A stretch of DNA of 64,000 bases from Pecten maximus (taxonomy: Eukaryota), in contig NC_047021.1 of assembly GCF_902652985.1 (NCBI RefSeq), forward strand, positions 9,672,001-9,736,000, read 5' to 3'. Shown piece after piece: positions 1 to 13,800 of this stretch. Both the position numbers and the translations under genes were made by a program. Position 1 is the stretch's first letter. Each line of letters begins with the position of its first letter. The notes under the pieces were generated by a model. It was not told the origin of the DNA. It made no database searches and saw only the letters and a list, made by a program, of their open reading frames with translations.

Positions 1-87
1 ATAACGACTGTTTACATTAGGATTATATGACCAAGACACACTTAGGTTTTATTAGTCATAACAAAGGTCATTGTTAATATACCCTAC

Positions 88-222
88 CTGTACTCGAGAG
101 TCGTCCCGGCTCGTGTCATCCGCTTTTTTCACAAGGTACACTTTTCCGAATGTTCCTCTACCTATTTGCTCAATCTCGACATAACTTCCAAACGTCTCCT
201 TTCTGTTAATAAAGCCAGCCAT
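88..222 (-). CDS. First coding exon of a Ser/Thr protein kinase, probably NEK family (copy 1); gene continues off the left edge
   Basis: Minus strand reads ATG...MAGFINRKETFGSYVEIEQIGRGTFGKVYLVKKADDTSRDDSRVQ|gtaggg. It contains the subdomain I Gly-rich loop GRGTFGKV and ends in a phase-0 donor at the same structural position (just before the VAIK-type strand) as exon 1 of the NEK gene at 30054-30149. Absent from the ORF track. Confidence 0.8.
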
Positions 223-1009
223 TGTTCTTCAGTAAATATACCATCTCCTGTATTTACGTTTTATAAATCCGTTTGTAAATTACAAATGGTGTAAATGCAG
301 AAACTTCACACCTATTACATGTTTACAGTCATTGAGCATTCCACCTAAAATTGGCAGATATTCAGGATTTTCGTACCTAGACGAGTGAGGTTGTCGACTA
401 ATTTTCCCATTGGCTTTTTCCACATAGCGTATTAAACTTCCTGAATCATTCAACCGTCCACAGGTATGTTCAAAATGACAGGTACAACCTTGAGCTGTGC
501 TGTAATAATCACCGTGCATGCTAAATATCTGTTGTCTATATCACGGGGGGTATTGTGTTTACTGTGTATTCTTAACCCAGTGTTTATAAATAGTACAAGC
601 GACATTCCAATGCCAGTTTATCTACAAATACATTTATTAGCCCGAATTACCAGTCGTTATATTCACCTGACACTGTAGAAACCATTTTGACCTAGCTATA
701 CATGGCTTAGGCTACATGGCTAACGTTATCGAACGTGTCCTTATACAAACCGTTAACTCCACAAATCGTTATCGATATCCTTAAACCTTATAAACGCACG
801 CCAATTTTATTGACGTTTTTGACGTGTTAAGTTGACAAGGCATTGACCCATACGTTTTTGACGTTTTGGTATTAATTTTAAGAATTATTAAGTTTATTGA
901 CGTTTTAACGTTATGATCAACACGGTCCTTTATAGTTTTTATTTCATAGGTAAATCTGTCATTTTATTGACGTTTCCAATGACATGTAGTTCCGTAAACA
1001 AAAACAAAA

Positions 1010-2659
1010 CAAAACAAGAGGCCCAGAGGGCCTGTATCGCTCACCTGGTTTCATGAGATATGAAACAAAATGATGCTTAAGTATATTTGTCGCTGGTATT
1101 GCTATGTCAATATATATCATAAGCATTTTATATGGGTACATGTACAATGGTTTTATTTTAATACTAAAAATGCCAAAAGGTACATTAATCCATGAAATGA
1201 AATTGACTTTTGGCGCGACCCCATAGGGATGCTAACACACAAATGTGAGTGATATCCATTGCTTAATTTCAGAGAAGATCTTGTTTAGACCAATTGGCCC
1301 CTTTTGACCCTGCCCTCTGCCCCCTGGGAGTCAGCTCCTTCCTTTATACAATTTTGAATCCCTACCCCAATAGAATGCTAATAGTCAAATATGAGCTGTT
1401 TCAGAGAAGTTGTTCATATCAATTTAGCCAAATTGACCCCTTTTGGCCCAGCCCCTCAGCCTCCAGGGGGTCGGCCCCATCATTTGTACAATTTTGAATC
1501 CTTAACCAAAGTGAATGCTACCAGTCACATATTAAAGATATCCATTGCTTATTTTCAGAGAAAAAGTTGTTTATATCAATTTTGCCAAAATAACCCCTTT
1601 TGGCCCCGCCTCTTAGGTCCCCTGGGGTCAGCCCTGTCATTTGTACAATTTTGAATCCCTACCCTAGGGGGTTGCTACCAGGCAAATATGAGTGATATCC
1701 ATTGCTTAGTTTCAGAGAAGAAGTCGTTAATATCAATATAGCTATATTGACCCATTTTTGCCCCGCCTCTCAGGCCCCTAGGGGGTCAGCACCACCATCT
1801 GTACAATTTTGAATCCCCACCCCATAGTGATTGCTTCCAGGCAAATAGGAGCAATATCCTTTGCTCGGTTTCAGAGAAGAAGTCGTTTATATCAATGCAG
1901 CCAAATTGACCCCTTTTGACGCCGCCCCTCAGGCCCCTTGGGGGTCAGTCCTGTCATTTGTACAATTTTGAATCCCTACTCTAGGGGGTTGCTACCAGGC
2001 AAATATGAGTGATATCCATTGCTTAGTTTCAGAGAAGTTGTTTATATCAATTTAGCCGAATTGACCCCTCTTGGCCCCGCCCCTCAGGCCCCCGGGGGTC
2101 AGCCACACCATTTGTACAATTTTGAATCCCCACCCCATAGTGTTGTTACCAGGCAAATATGAGCAATATCGTTTGTTCGGTTTCAGAGAAGAAGTTGTTT
2201 ATATCAATATAGCCCAAATGACCACATTTGGCCCCGCCCTTCCGGCCCCTGGGGGTCAGCCCCATCATTTGTACAATTTTGAATCCCCACCCCAAAGTTA
2301 TGCTACCAGGCAAATATCAGCGATATCCATTGCTCGGTTTCAGAGAAGAAGTCGATATCATCAATATAGCTATATTGACCCATTTTGGCCTCGCCCCTCA
2401 GGCCCCTTGGGGGTCAGTCCAATCATTTGTACAATTTTGAATCCCCACCCCAAAGTGATGCTACCAGGCAAATATGAGTGATATCCATTGCTCGGTTCCA
2501 GAGAAGAAGTCGTTAATATCAATATAGCTATATTGACCCATTTTTGCCTCGCCCCTCAGGCCCCTAGGGGGTCAGCACCACCATTTGTACAATTTTGAAT
2601 CCCCACCCCATAGTGATGCTTCCAGACAAATAGGAGCAATATCCTTTGCTCGGTTTCAG
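1010..2659 (-). mobile_element. Non-autonomous Helentron-associated (HINE/DINE-like) element with ~158-bp internal satellite array, 5'-truncated
   Basis: The reverse complement of 1013-1048 gives caggtgagcgatacaggccctctgggcctcttgttt (subterminal IR, short palindrome, T-rich end). About 9 tandem units containing tgtacaattttgaatccc...ggccccgcccctcaggcccc follow. The array stops abruptly at ~2659. Confidence 0.75.
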
Positions 2660-3140
2660 CGTATTATGTATAATCATTCATCGGTTCTAGAAAATCTGAC
2701 ATCTTTACAGAGAGCTTCCAATCTGTTCAGAGTTATATCCCCTATGTCAAAACGAGAGATATTGAAAGTATATATCAAATGATGTAATACTCATATCGAA
2801 CAGATGAACTATACAATGTTGGGAGATATTCGTGATTCAATGTGTATACGATTAAAAAAAACTTGCTTTTTGTAACCCAATTGGTTGATATTTTATTACA
2901 ACCAGCAATGAAAACACACAAAGACTTCAATTTACAAACAACAATCAAAGTCAATATTATAAAGAATTGATTTTGATCCCAGAATTATCTTATACTCTAC
3001 TGTTATATAGGATAGGCTGGAGCTGTACCCAATCATGCATACGTTACTGCGCAATAACGACTGTTTACATGAGGATTATATGACAAAGACATACTAAGGT
3101 TTTATTAGTCATAACAAAAGTCATTGTAAATATACCCTAC

Positions 3141-3275
3141 CTGTACTCGAGAGTCGTCCCGACTCGTATCATCCGCTTTTTTCACAAGGTACACTTTTCC
3201 AAATGTTCCTCTACCTATTTGCTCAATCTCGACATAACTTCCAAACGTCTCCTTTCTGTTAATAAAGCCTGCCAT
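3141..3275 (-). CDS. Duplicate first coding exon of the same kinase (copy 2)
   Basis: Same 45-aa translation as 88-222, with intact ATG and gtaggg donor. Four nucleotide differences, all synonymous (GCT/GCA, TTC/TTT, GAC/GAT, AGC/AGT). Confidence 0.7.
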
Positions 3276-5189
3276 TTTTCTTCAGTAAATATATCATCTC
3301 CTGTATTTACGTTTTATAAATCCGTTTGTAAATTACAAATGGTGTAAATGCAGAAACTTCACACCTATTACATGTTTACAGTCATCGAGCATTCCACCTA
3401 AAATTGGCAGATAATCAGGATCTTCGTACCTAGACGAGTGAGGTTGTCGACTAATTTTCCCATTGGCTTTTTCCACATAGCGTATTAAACTTCCTGAATC
3501 ATTCAACCGTCCACAGGTATGTTCAAAATGACAGGTACAACCTTGAGCTGTGTTGTAATAATCACCGTGCATGCTAAATATCGGTTGTCTATACCACGGG
3601 GGGTATTGTGTGTACTGTGTATTCTTAACCCAGTGTTTATAAATAGTACAAGCAACATACTATATGTTGTTATATTGTAAATATTCCAATGGCAGTTTAT
3701 CTACAAATCAATTTATTAGCCCGAATTACCAGTCGTTATATTCACCCGACACAGTAGAAACCACGTTGACCTAGCTATACATGGCTTAGGCTACATGAGC
3801 CAGGGTGTACATCTATTATATTGCTTACGTTATCGAACGTGTCCTTATACAGACCGTTAACTCCACACATCATTATCGATACCCTTAAACCTTAAACGCA
3901 CGTCAATTTTATCGACGTTTTTGACGTGTTAAGTTGACAAGGCATTGACCCATACGTTTTTGACGTGTTAAGTTGACAAGGCATTGACCTATACGGTACG
4001 GAAGTTTTGAGATTAATTTTAGCCTAACCAAGTGTATTGACGTTTTAACGTTATAATCAACACGGTCCTGTACAGTTTTTTTTGTATGGGTAAACCTTTC
4101 ATTTTATTGACGTTTCCAATGACTGTAGTTCCGTAAACAACCAAAAAACATTTCACACCGTGAAGTATAGTATATCGTGATAATTATCAGAAGTCAAGTT
4201 CCGGGCAGTATTACCGTACATAAACAAGTACATGTATTATTTTCTAGCCTCCATTCTTGATTCCCTGAAGGACGAGACAGCTGTACAATGCAGTTTGATA
4301 ATTATCACTCGCCATATACCAGTCATGTTCCTGAACCTAATTCATATTTAGTTGTGTCATTGCGTGTCCTGTACAGCCCTATAATAGCTGACATACGAGG
4401 AAAAAACTAGTAACGTGGAGGTCTTCCTACGGCCTGGCAACAATAAATGACACAATCAGAAATTGTTTTACTTCCTGCTTTTCCTGCGTGATGTAGTACC
4501 TTCCATTAAGTCCTCTAGACCTTTCAGATTGATATAAACATGTCGAAATACCAAACCATGACAGCAATTGTATTGGAGACAAATGTCTGAGTCTTGCACA
4601 ACGATATATGATTTGTAATTTATAGTACCATAGAACTAACTCATTCTATCTCTACACACTGGGAACAAAGTGTTCTGATAGGAAGTTATGATATAAGTAC
4701 TTACGTTTATAGCTACAGGTAATCAAATCAATATAAACATATTTTAACATTGAATAACGCTTAAACAAACTTGTTGGCAGGTCACTTTATACGTCAAAGT
4801 CGTATCCAAGCACGATGTCCCTAACGCATTCAGGTCAGACGTAATAACGATGTCACCGTAATCATACAAGGTTCCATCCGTGTGTGCCTACCAAATAATG
4901 TAAGAATATCTGTTTTAGCTTTTCATTACGGATTTAGTCTTAAGGTGCGAGGCCAATTAGAAGAGCATATTCTCTACACAAGATCTTTTATAAAGTACAT
5001 AATATATCTGATAATATGATTACATCGGGTAAATGTAATCACAATGAAGCATTTTGTGGACGTTGCCCCTTGAATAAGGTCAGTAAAGATAATCAAACCT
5101 ATATCCTATATTACCCCATACGTTTGTAAAGTGCTATAAAGCTTCTAGTGCCCGTGTCGTGTGAAGGCTGGTTAATCACTTTATATATA

Positions 5190-5221
<32 letters not shown>

Positions 5222-5399
5222 GATAGTGTACCGGAGTGGCAAGGACTTCTAAATTATAAGGTACGTGCAGACTTCGCAAACAACTCAGTCTGGAAATCCT
5301 AACAGTAATCTGATATCTAAGTGGTGCACTGGGTTAAATTGGTGTTGAAATACACGTTTAACAAATATGCATGATCTATGTACGCTTAGGTGGCAAACA

Positions 5400-6730
5400 A
5401 TATACGATTCGGCTTAGGTTTGTTTTTAACCTAGTCATTGGTGTGCCAGAGTCTAAGGCCCCCTCGTCACGGTTTAGAACTGGCCTCCTTCATCTGCCGC
5501 TTGATAATGCTCTCTCTGTAAATCATTTCGGGTTTTTCCTAGTCAATGACATGATTTTGTTTCGCGTTATGTTCGGTGATTGCTGGTTTATTGAACTGAG
5601 ACTGATTGTTTCAGTTCACATCTTGTAAATGTCCCGCCTTCTTTCCGGTGTTCCCGAAGACGGACTTTAAATCTTCTCCCGGTCTCTCCGACACATCGCA
5701 TCGCAGTTCCTGCATCCGATATTATATAAACATCTGATGGTTTGTACTAAGTATGTACAAGAATGTTGTAGAGACTCTTATAAGGATTCCTATCTGTTGT
5801 GATGTCATAGTTGAGATAGATACTGTTGATGGTTTCAGATAACCCCTTTATGTATGGGATAATTAACTGACCTTTCATCCTATATTTTTTCTTGATTTTT
5901 TTTCTTGTTCTTTCCTTTCTTTTCTCTCAGTTGTTGACCTGCCTTCTTGTGGCCCCTATAGAGATACCCGTCTTGCGGCCCCTAAAGAGATACCCGTCTT
6001 GCGGCCCCTATAGAGATACCCGTCTTACGGTCCCTATAGAGATACCCTTCTTCATAGCGGAACGGTCGTGATATTTTATCCTTTTGTTTTGTGAAAGTTG
6101 AATCACACCTATTCAGTAAAGTCCATAAAACGAATAACTTCTGATGGAGAAGTGATGATACTGGAAGTCTGTCTTTTTTCTACATACTAATACTTTGACA
6201 GCGTCCTTTCTCCTTAACCTAGAGGGTTTCAGGGAAGGGCTAGTGCTGTTGGTAGTGTCAGTGGTGTTGACATGTTTAGTCAATTCCCCTTGGGATTCTT
6301 TATTGTCAACTTCTAATCATCAACACATATCGTTTTCACAAGCTCGGCTTGTATTCTACAGGGGCAATGGTTTATTTCTCCAAATGTTCCACGAATCAGT
6401 TTGTCACAATAGGAGACACCAGACTTCCCTTACCTGTGCCGAAACGTTGCTGATAGATGGTATTGGAACGAAAAATATGCTGTCATCATGTCCATAATGT
6501 TTTGGATCTGGAAGTTAGTGTTCTTACTCCAGGATCTAACTCTAAATGGTCACGAATGACTCCAAGACCTTTGTTAACGGGCGTGTTTGTAAAGAGCGAA
6601 ACCACGTCGTGATCTGGATTCTTCATCCTTTAGGAGGGGGTCTTGAACATGCTTTCTATCAGATCTTTCACGTTATTGACATTGGACAAAAGAACTTAAC
6701 AAATTCAGTGACGTGATACACTACTTCGTG
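5400..6730 (-). mobile_element. Degenerate Penelope-like retroelement (RT + GIY-YIG endonuclease)
   Basis: Minus-strand fragments: HDVVSLFTNTP (~6580-6612), frameshifted KRYV-DD (~6318-6340), YNIGCRNCDA and VGETGRRFKVRLREHR (~5645-5730), PVLNRDEG (~5460-5485). Many stops and frameshifts. A 26-bp x4 tandem repeat lies inside at ~5945-6050. Confidence 0.8.
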
Positions 6731-9079
6731 GAATGTGGTAGAAAATAAGTAAACAAGTGCTAACATAAATATATTTTTATTTGGAATGTAACCAGTTAGT
6801 ATAAAATGCCATCATTATCATCGTTATCCCGATATTGAAAAGTACGATGTAATGATGATCCTCCTGAAAGCAAACAAGGAGAATATTTGTTACATTAAAA
6901 TTTGACTTCAATCAGTACGCCAGAATTCATACAAATATATCATCGCATGGTAAATTGATATGAATGAATGGAGAATTCATACGTGAAACCATGATAGGAC
7001 ACTGTACAGGGGAAGGCACTGAATATCCTGACAACTTAATGGTATATTGTAATAACAAAGAAACACATTCTGGGATACTGTGACAAGAAAGAAGTATTGT
7101 CAGGTTATAAATTTTTTTTTAATTATTTTTCTGGACAATGTCTTTGTACTAATGAGACAATATGTGAAATGTTATTGCTTTTAATACTTTTATCGACAAA
7201 GGGTAATTCTGCACATCAATGTTGTAGACCAAATGTAGACCAAATTCATGTGATCTACAACGTCAATGCTAACAAACTGATCAAATCCCAAGAGTATTTC
7301 TCATTTTTTGACATTGAGACCAGCGTCCTGATACATGTAAAAACACGACAATAATCATATCAAAAGTATTCCTCTACGTTACTCAGCTATATTTTCTGAA
7401 ATTACTCGATCTTAGGTCAAGACAACTGTTTGCAAATAATATAAACACAGCTGAAAATTTGATGGCAAAAGGAACTTTGTCTATTTTATACCAAGTGTAT
7501 GGAATGAAAATAGCATTGTCTGTTTCACTGTTACAGAGGAATCCCTGTATGACTTATTGGTTTAAATATTTCACACAACACATGTAAAATCATAGATATA
7601 AAAGGAAACTATTTTCTGAATATAAGTGTTTATGTTTATCGCTAACCATTTATCATCAGTAATCTACCCTGCACGTATGAAACGATATCGTACTTAATAT
7701 TGATGGATGATTGGTCTAATCGTGTATTCTGACCTAATACTATCGAATCATATAAAGGGCCACTTGAGGAAAAATATTGAAAGAAATACCTCGGCCCATT
7801 TAGACTTAATTACATTCCTCTTTAGACCTGGGGCATTATGAATAGTTCTTCCGTATTACTTTTGTTTAATCGTGGTCAAAGACTGAGAATCTCTCGCAGT
7901 GAAGTAGGCGTCACTTGACTCAAACACAGTCCATCACATTGTAGTCATCATTTAAAATAAATGTATGTGTGTTTATAAAGACAGAGTTCACCCATATACA
8001 GTAACAATCATATCCAGTAAATTTGAGCATTTAATGAATGGTATCATACTTCAACTAATTATATAACACTTAAAATAGGGTACGTTGTAAGTCCATATAA
8101 AAATAATTAAGGGATATATAACCACACATATAAAATCACTTTAACAAGTTAACAACACTCGGACATTCCTATATACACTGTAATTATACTAGTTTCACAT
8201 GTATTTAAATATCCTTGAACTTTATCACTGGAGATCAACCTAGAACTTCTAAAAGCACATATTGTATCACAATGCTTAATACTCCAAAAGCAGATAAGGC
8301 TTTCGAAAACAAATTGCAATTAATCTATACAGGCTTCATCAATTTTTTCATCAAATATACATTACGACAAACATATTAATAATATTTCCATAATTTGCTA
8401 ATGCGCCAAATACATCCATAATACATTTACACGTTGTCATTGTCACGTATTCAATACGTGAAAACTTACACGTTAACAACATTTACAGTTATCATAACTA
8501 CAAATCAAATAAATGTACATTCATTATTCATTTGCAAGTTAAATATGATTCATCGATATGTCAATGTTTAATACATCGATAAATTAATCTATATAAGAAA
8601 ATCACATTATATATAACTGAGTAAATGAATTTTTCTTTTTCCCAATTAAATATTCTGGAATGTTTGAGGCAATCTGATCAACAATAATCTAACGGACATG
8701 ATTAGGCATGTTACATCTGGTGTACCTTAGAAATCAGGATTTGTCTATCTGGTTAACTAATTTTAATGTAAAACATTCGCGTCAGCACCACCACCATTTC
8801 TTGTGTAATTCATTGACAATTACTAAACTAATACATATACAGTAACGTTTAACCAATGGAATACACACTAGGATTGTATACAGCATAGACTCTACTCTAT
8901 CACTTTACGGTCGTTAATATGGGCTGTATCTATCTAAAATATCTCAAGAGTATGTCACTGCTGTACAGTTGTTCATATTTCGCCCCTAACCGCGGGCACA
9001 CGTTAAGGTGTGTGGAATGGTCTTATTGGCTATGTGGGTGGGTCTCTAGGACACCTATTGTGTCTAGGAATAACAACAA

Positions 9080-9480
9080 CGGAATCAGGACACACCGAAA
9101 CAAAAGTAGGGCAACAGGAATCAGACCACACCAAAACAAAGGAAGGGCAAAAGGAACCAGGAAACATTGAAACAAAGGTAGGACAACAGGAACCAGGAAA
9201 CATTGAAACAAAGGTAGGGCAAAAGGAACCAGCAAAAACCGAAACAAAGGTAGGACAACAGGACACACCAAAACAAAGACAGGGCAAGAATGTAACTAGG
9301 ACACGTCAAAACAAAGACAGGGCAAGAAGGGAAACTAGGACACGCCAAAACAAAGACAGGACAAGAAGGGAACTAGGACACGCCAAAACAAAGACAGGGC
9401 AAGAAGGGAACTAGGACACACCAAAACAAAGACAGCGCAGGAAGGGAACTAGGACACACCAAAACAAAGGTAGTACAACC
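9080..9480. repeat. Purine-rich minisatellite, 36-38 bp unit, ~11 copies
   Basis: Units such as ggaactaggacacaccaaaacaaagacagggcaagaa. Explains the overlapping ORFs at 8919-9414. Confidence 0.85.
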
Positions 9481-10887
9481 AAAGCAGCAATGCGTTTAAT
9501 ACATTAACCCATCCCTAACTAAAAATCCATCAAACTAACATATTGCAGTAATCAATGACTTTATATGGATTCGGTTTCATGGTAAACTACTGAATAATAC
9601 ACCATGATGATTTTGTTTGATTATAGCCTTGGACTAGTTGTCAAGACCTGAATAACCATTTATGTTCACGAAATACACAGTACAGTCACACTCTTGTGAT
9701 TAAATATATCCCACTATTAAACACATCTATTACATACGTATTTACAATATAATCCAACACTTCTGTAACAACAGAGCTTCAAATAAGTATCTTTAGAAAC
9801 TCAATCTGTGGATGTTTTGATATCACAGTAAAATTGATATCTGGGTAAATGTGACTGAAATGGTCTGGAATTTGTGAATCAATAAGATTCATTGCTCTAA
9901 TTAACAACCACTGAAAAATATTCTTTTCTTATATTTTCTACCAACTTGCAATATTAATATACAAGAAATATGCCAATTAGCCATATGTACAACGACCGTT
10001 AAAGTTGACTCTATGATCATTAATAAAAGTAAATGGCTAGTTTTGAACATGATTTGTTTTCTGTATTATTGTCAAACAACCTAAATAACATTTCGCAATC
10101 TGGACAAAAATGTTAACACTTTTTTTAACAGTGTTTTATAATAAAACATTATCATAAATATAATGGCATCAATAAACAGGCAAGCAGGAGTAAAAATGTT
10201 ATAAAAGTTGGTCTAAGCATAGGAACACACAAGTAAAATAATTCTGAAAAAGGCATTAACAATTTGGCTTCTTTGCCTGGTTTATCGCCCCGTGAACATT
10301 TAGGGTCATTTTGAGGCGGGGTCTCCTTATAGTAGTTAGTAACTACCTCACTGAACAGCATACGGGAGGCCCAGCGCATGCCTTCCAGAGCAATTCGTGG
10401 GAGTATACCCCCAAAGACATTTGTTTATATCAATCACTAAAGTACATCCACAACTCAGAATAGGAAGATCTGTGTGATAAATTCAAGCCTTATATAAACT
10501 AGGCTGTAGCTAGCCAAAATTATCAATGTAATGATCCCCTTCCTCTTTATAGTAGAACCTCTAAAAGTACCAGACCCTCCCTGTTTTCATTAGCTGTTTA
10601 AATTATAAAAAGTAGTTTTTGTAGAAGTATGTTCTTTCTCATTGACTTAGTAAATAAAATGCAGGTAAAACTTTGTCCAAAGTTTCTGCTTTCAACAGCA
10701 AGTTTGGAAGGTTTCTCAATCTGATGAAAATCATATCTTGGTCTGTGCTCCCATTCCATAAACTACGCTCCGCCACGTATCAAGGTATGATTTTAACCAA
10801 ATTGGAAGTTTTCGATACCTGGAGTATTTATTCAATTCTATTGCCTTTTTTCCAGATGATTGTAGAAACAATAATGTTCACAAGGAA

Positions 10888-13800
10888 TTAATATGAAGCT
10901 ATGGAATTTAATTCAAACATCCTCAGCAGGAACAAATGCATTTTGTATTCCTCGTATTTCCTAGGGCCAATCAAATCTTGTAACACCACCTACAACATAC
11001 AAACCATCATCATTATTTAACTCTTTATTAAGACTGAATTTATGGAATCTACTCATGACTCTTGTGAATGTACTAGTAAGACTCGGGCACTGCCATTAAT
11101 ACATCAAAATTAAGCTAACTAGGATGAAAGACAAACTCTCATGAACAAGTGGAAACATGAATGGACAGGTATATCCGCAGTTTTACCGGGGTGAGATTTT
11201 CTTATCTCACCCTAGGGAAAAGACAAGCTACAAGTGCTCTTTGAACGTGCTCTTGTTCTCGATAGGGTGATGTCACTATGACCTGACCCACAACGTTTGA
11301 ATGTTAAATATCAGTATTATCACAAACGAAATTAAAATAAGTATTAATTAGCTGAGTTAACGGAGTGTTTGGTGTTCTTTTTGACAAGCTTATCGGAACT
11401 ATATTTTGTATGAAATAAAATTGTAAGGTGTAAAGTGTCTGCTGCAGCCTTATCGCAACTGTCATCCGCCATCCACGTGTTGTTGTTTACATACGTTTGG
11501 ATTTGGTTCACACTACGATTGGAAAACAGGGTAAGAGAAAAATAATCATTCACCTTTTTTTGGGATGAAATAGCGGGATCTCAACCCTCGGAGGAAGATT
11601 GCTTAGTTCCAAAACACTCGGCAAGCTTCATGTTTGGGAATTTAATAATCTCTCCCTCGGGTTGAGTTTCCCCTATATCACCCCAAAAGGGGTGAAAGAT
11701 TCTATTAATCCCTAATGCAGCTCACACAAGTGTCTTTACCTGTAGAATGTTGTCATCCTGAATACTTGACATGAGATCTAAACACTTATCCAGAACATCC
11801 TTTCCCAGGTCATTTATGATTTCCCTAGAAAGAAGTCATTGGTAATAATATTACAATTATATATGTATATAGTTATATGTAATAATAAATTTACAGGAAA
11901 ATGAAGACCAAACTTGCATTTATCATTCATATACCTTTATATAGGAATACTGAATCTGTTGCATAACCTTTTATCATATATTGTGAAATCAATAATGTCA
12001 ATATGATGGTAATCAGCAACCAAAATCAGTTGTTTAACCTTCTTTTCATTTATATGATTTTACCTTCATTTAACATGGAGGTTTTATAAATCTCACTACC
12101 TTCCCTCGCATTATCACAACATACCATGGTAATCTTGCTACCGATCATCGCAATCTCACTAACAACTCCAATTATCGCACTACCTACCCTTGTTATCCTA
12201 CTAAAGACCCTCGTAATCCCACTAACAACCCTTGAAATCCCACTACCTACCACTGTTATTACACTACCTACCCGTTATCACACTATCTACCCCTGTAATC
12301 CCATTATCTACCCCCATAATCCCACTACCTATCGCTGTAATTCCACTACCTACCCCTGTAATCCCACTACCTACCCCTGTAATCCCACTACCTACCCCTG
12401 TAATCCCATTAACAACCCCTGTAATCCCACTATCTACCCCCATAATCCCACTATCTACCCCCATAATCCCACTACCTATCGCTGTAATTCCACTACCTAC
12501 CCCTGTGATCCCACTATCTACCCCTGTAATCCCACTACCTATCGCTGTAATCCCACTATCTACCTCTGTAATCCCACTACCTACCCCTATAATCCCACTA
12601 TCTACCCCTGTAATCCCACTACCTACCCCTATAATCCCACTATCTACCCCTGTAATCCCACTACCTACCCCTATAATCCCACTATCTACCCCTGTAATCC
12701 CACTACCTACCCGTTATCACACTATCTACCTCTGTAATCCCACTACCTACCCCTATAATCCCACTACCTACCCCTATAATCCCACTACCTACCCCTATAA
12801 TCCCACTACCTACCCCTGCAATCCCACTATCTACCCCTGTAATCCCACTACCTACCCGTTATCACACTACCTACCCCTATAATCCCACTACCTACCCCTA
12901 TAATCCCACTACCTACCCCTATAATCCCACTACCTACCCCCATAATCCCACTACCTACCCGTTATCACACTATCTACCTCTGTAATCCCACTACCTACCT
13001 CTGTAATCCCACTACCTACCTCTGTTATCACACTATCTACCCCTGTAATCCCACTACCTACCCGTTATCACACTATCTACCTCTGTAATCCCACTACCTA
13101 CCCCTATAATCCCACTACCTACCCCTGTTATCACACTATCTACCCCCATAATCCCACTACCTACCCCTGCAATCCCACTATCTACCCCTGTAATCCCACT
13201 ACCTACCCGTTATCACACTATCTACCTCTGTAATCCCACTATCTACCCCTGTGATCCCACTATCTACCCCTGTGATCCCACTATCTACCCCTGTAATCCC
13301 ACTATCTACCCCCGTAATCCCACTATCTACCCCCATAATCCCACTACCTACCCGTTATCACACTATCTACCCCTGTAATCCCACTATCTACCTCTGTAAT
13401 CCCACTACCTACCCCTATAATCCCACTATCTACCCCTGTAATCCCACTATCTACCCCTGTAATCCCACTACCTACCCCTATAATCCCACTACCTACCCCT
13501 GCAATCCCACTATCTACCCCTGTGATCCCACTATCTACCCCTGTAATCCCACTATCTACCCCTGTGATCCCACTATCTACCCCTGTAATCCCACTATCTA
13601 CCTCTGTAATCCCACTATCTACCTCTGTAATCCCACTATCTACCCCTGTGATCCCACTATCTACCCCTGTAATCCCACTATCTACCCCTGTGATCCCACT
13701 ATCTACCCCCGTAATCCCACTATCTACCCCCGTAATCCCACTATCTCCCTCTGTAATCCCACTATCTACCTCTGTAATCCCACTATCTACCCCTGTAATC

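Larger units (their letters stand above)
1..4140. repeat. Direct segmental duplication: 1-~1000 vs 3054-~4140
   Basis: Both copies start ataacgactgtttacat and end tagttccgtaaacaa. Roughly 95% identical by eye; copy 2 has two ~25-bp insertions and a ~39-bp internal tandem duplication. Confidence 0.95.

Noticed and set aside
280-519. 79-aa ORF and its twin at 3333-3572
   Set aside because: No recognisable domain. The twin exists only because of the duplication and carries non-synonymous changes. The real coding exon is the adjacent 88-222 / 3141-3275.
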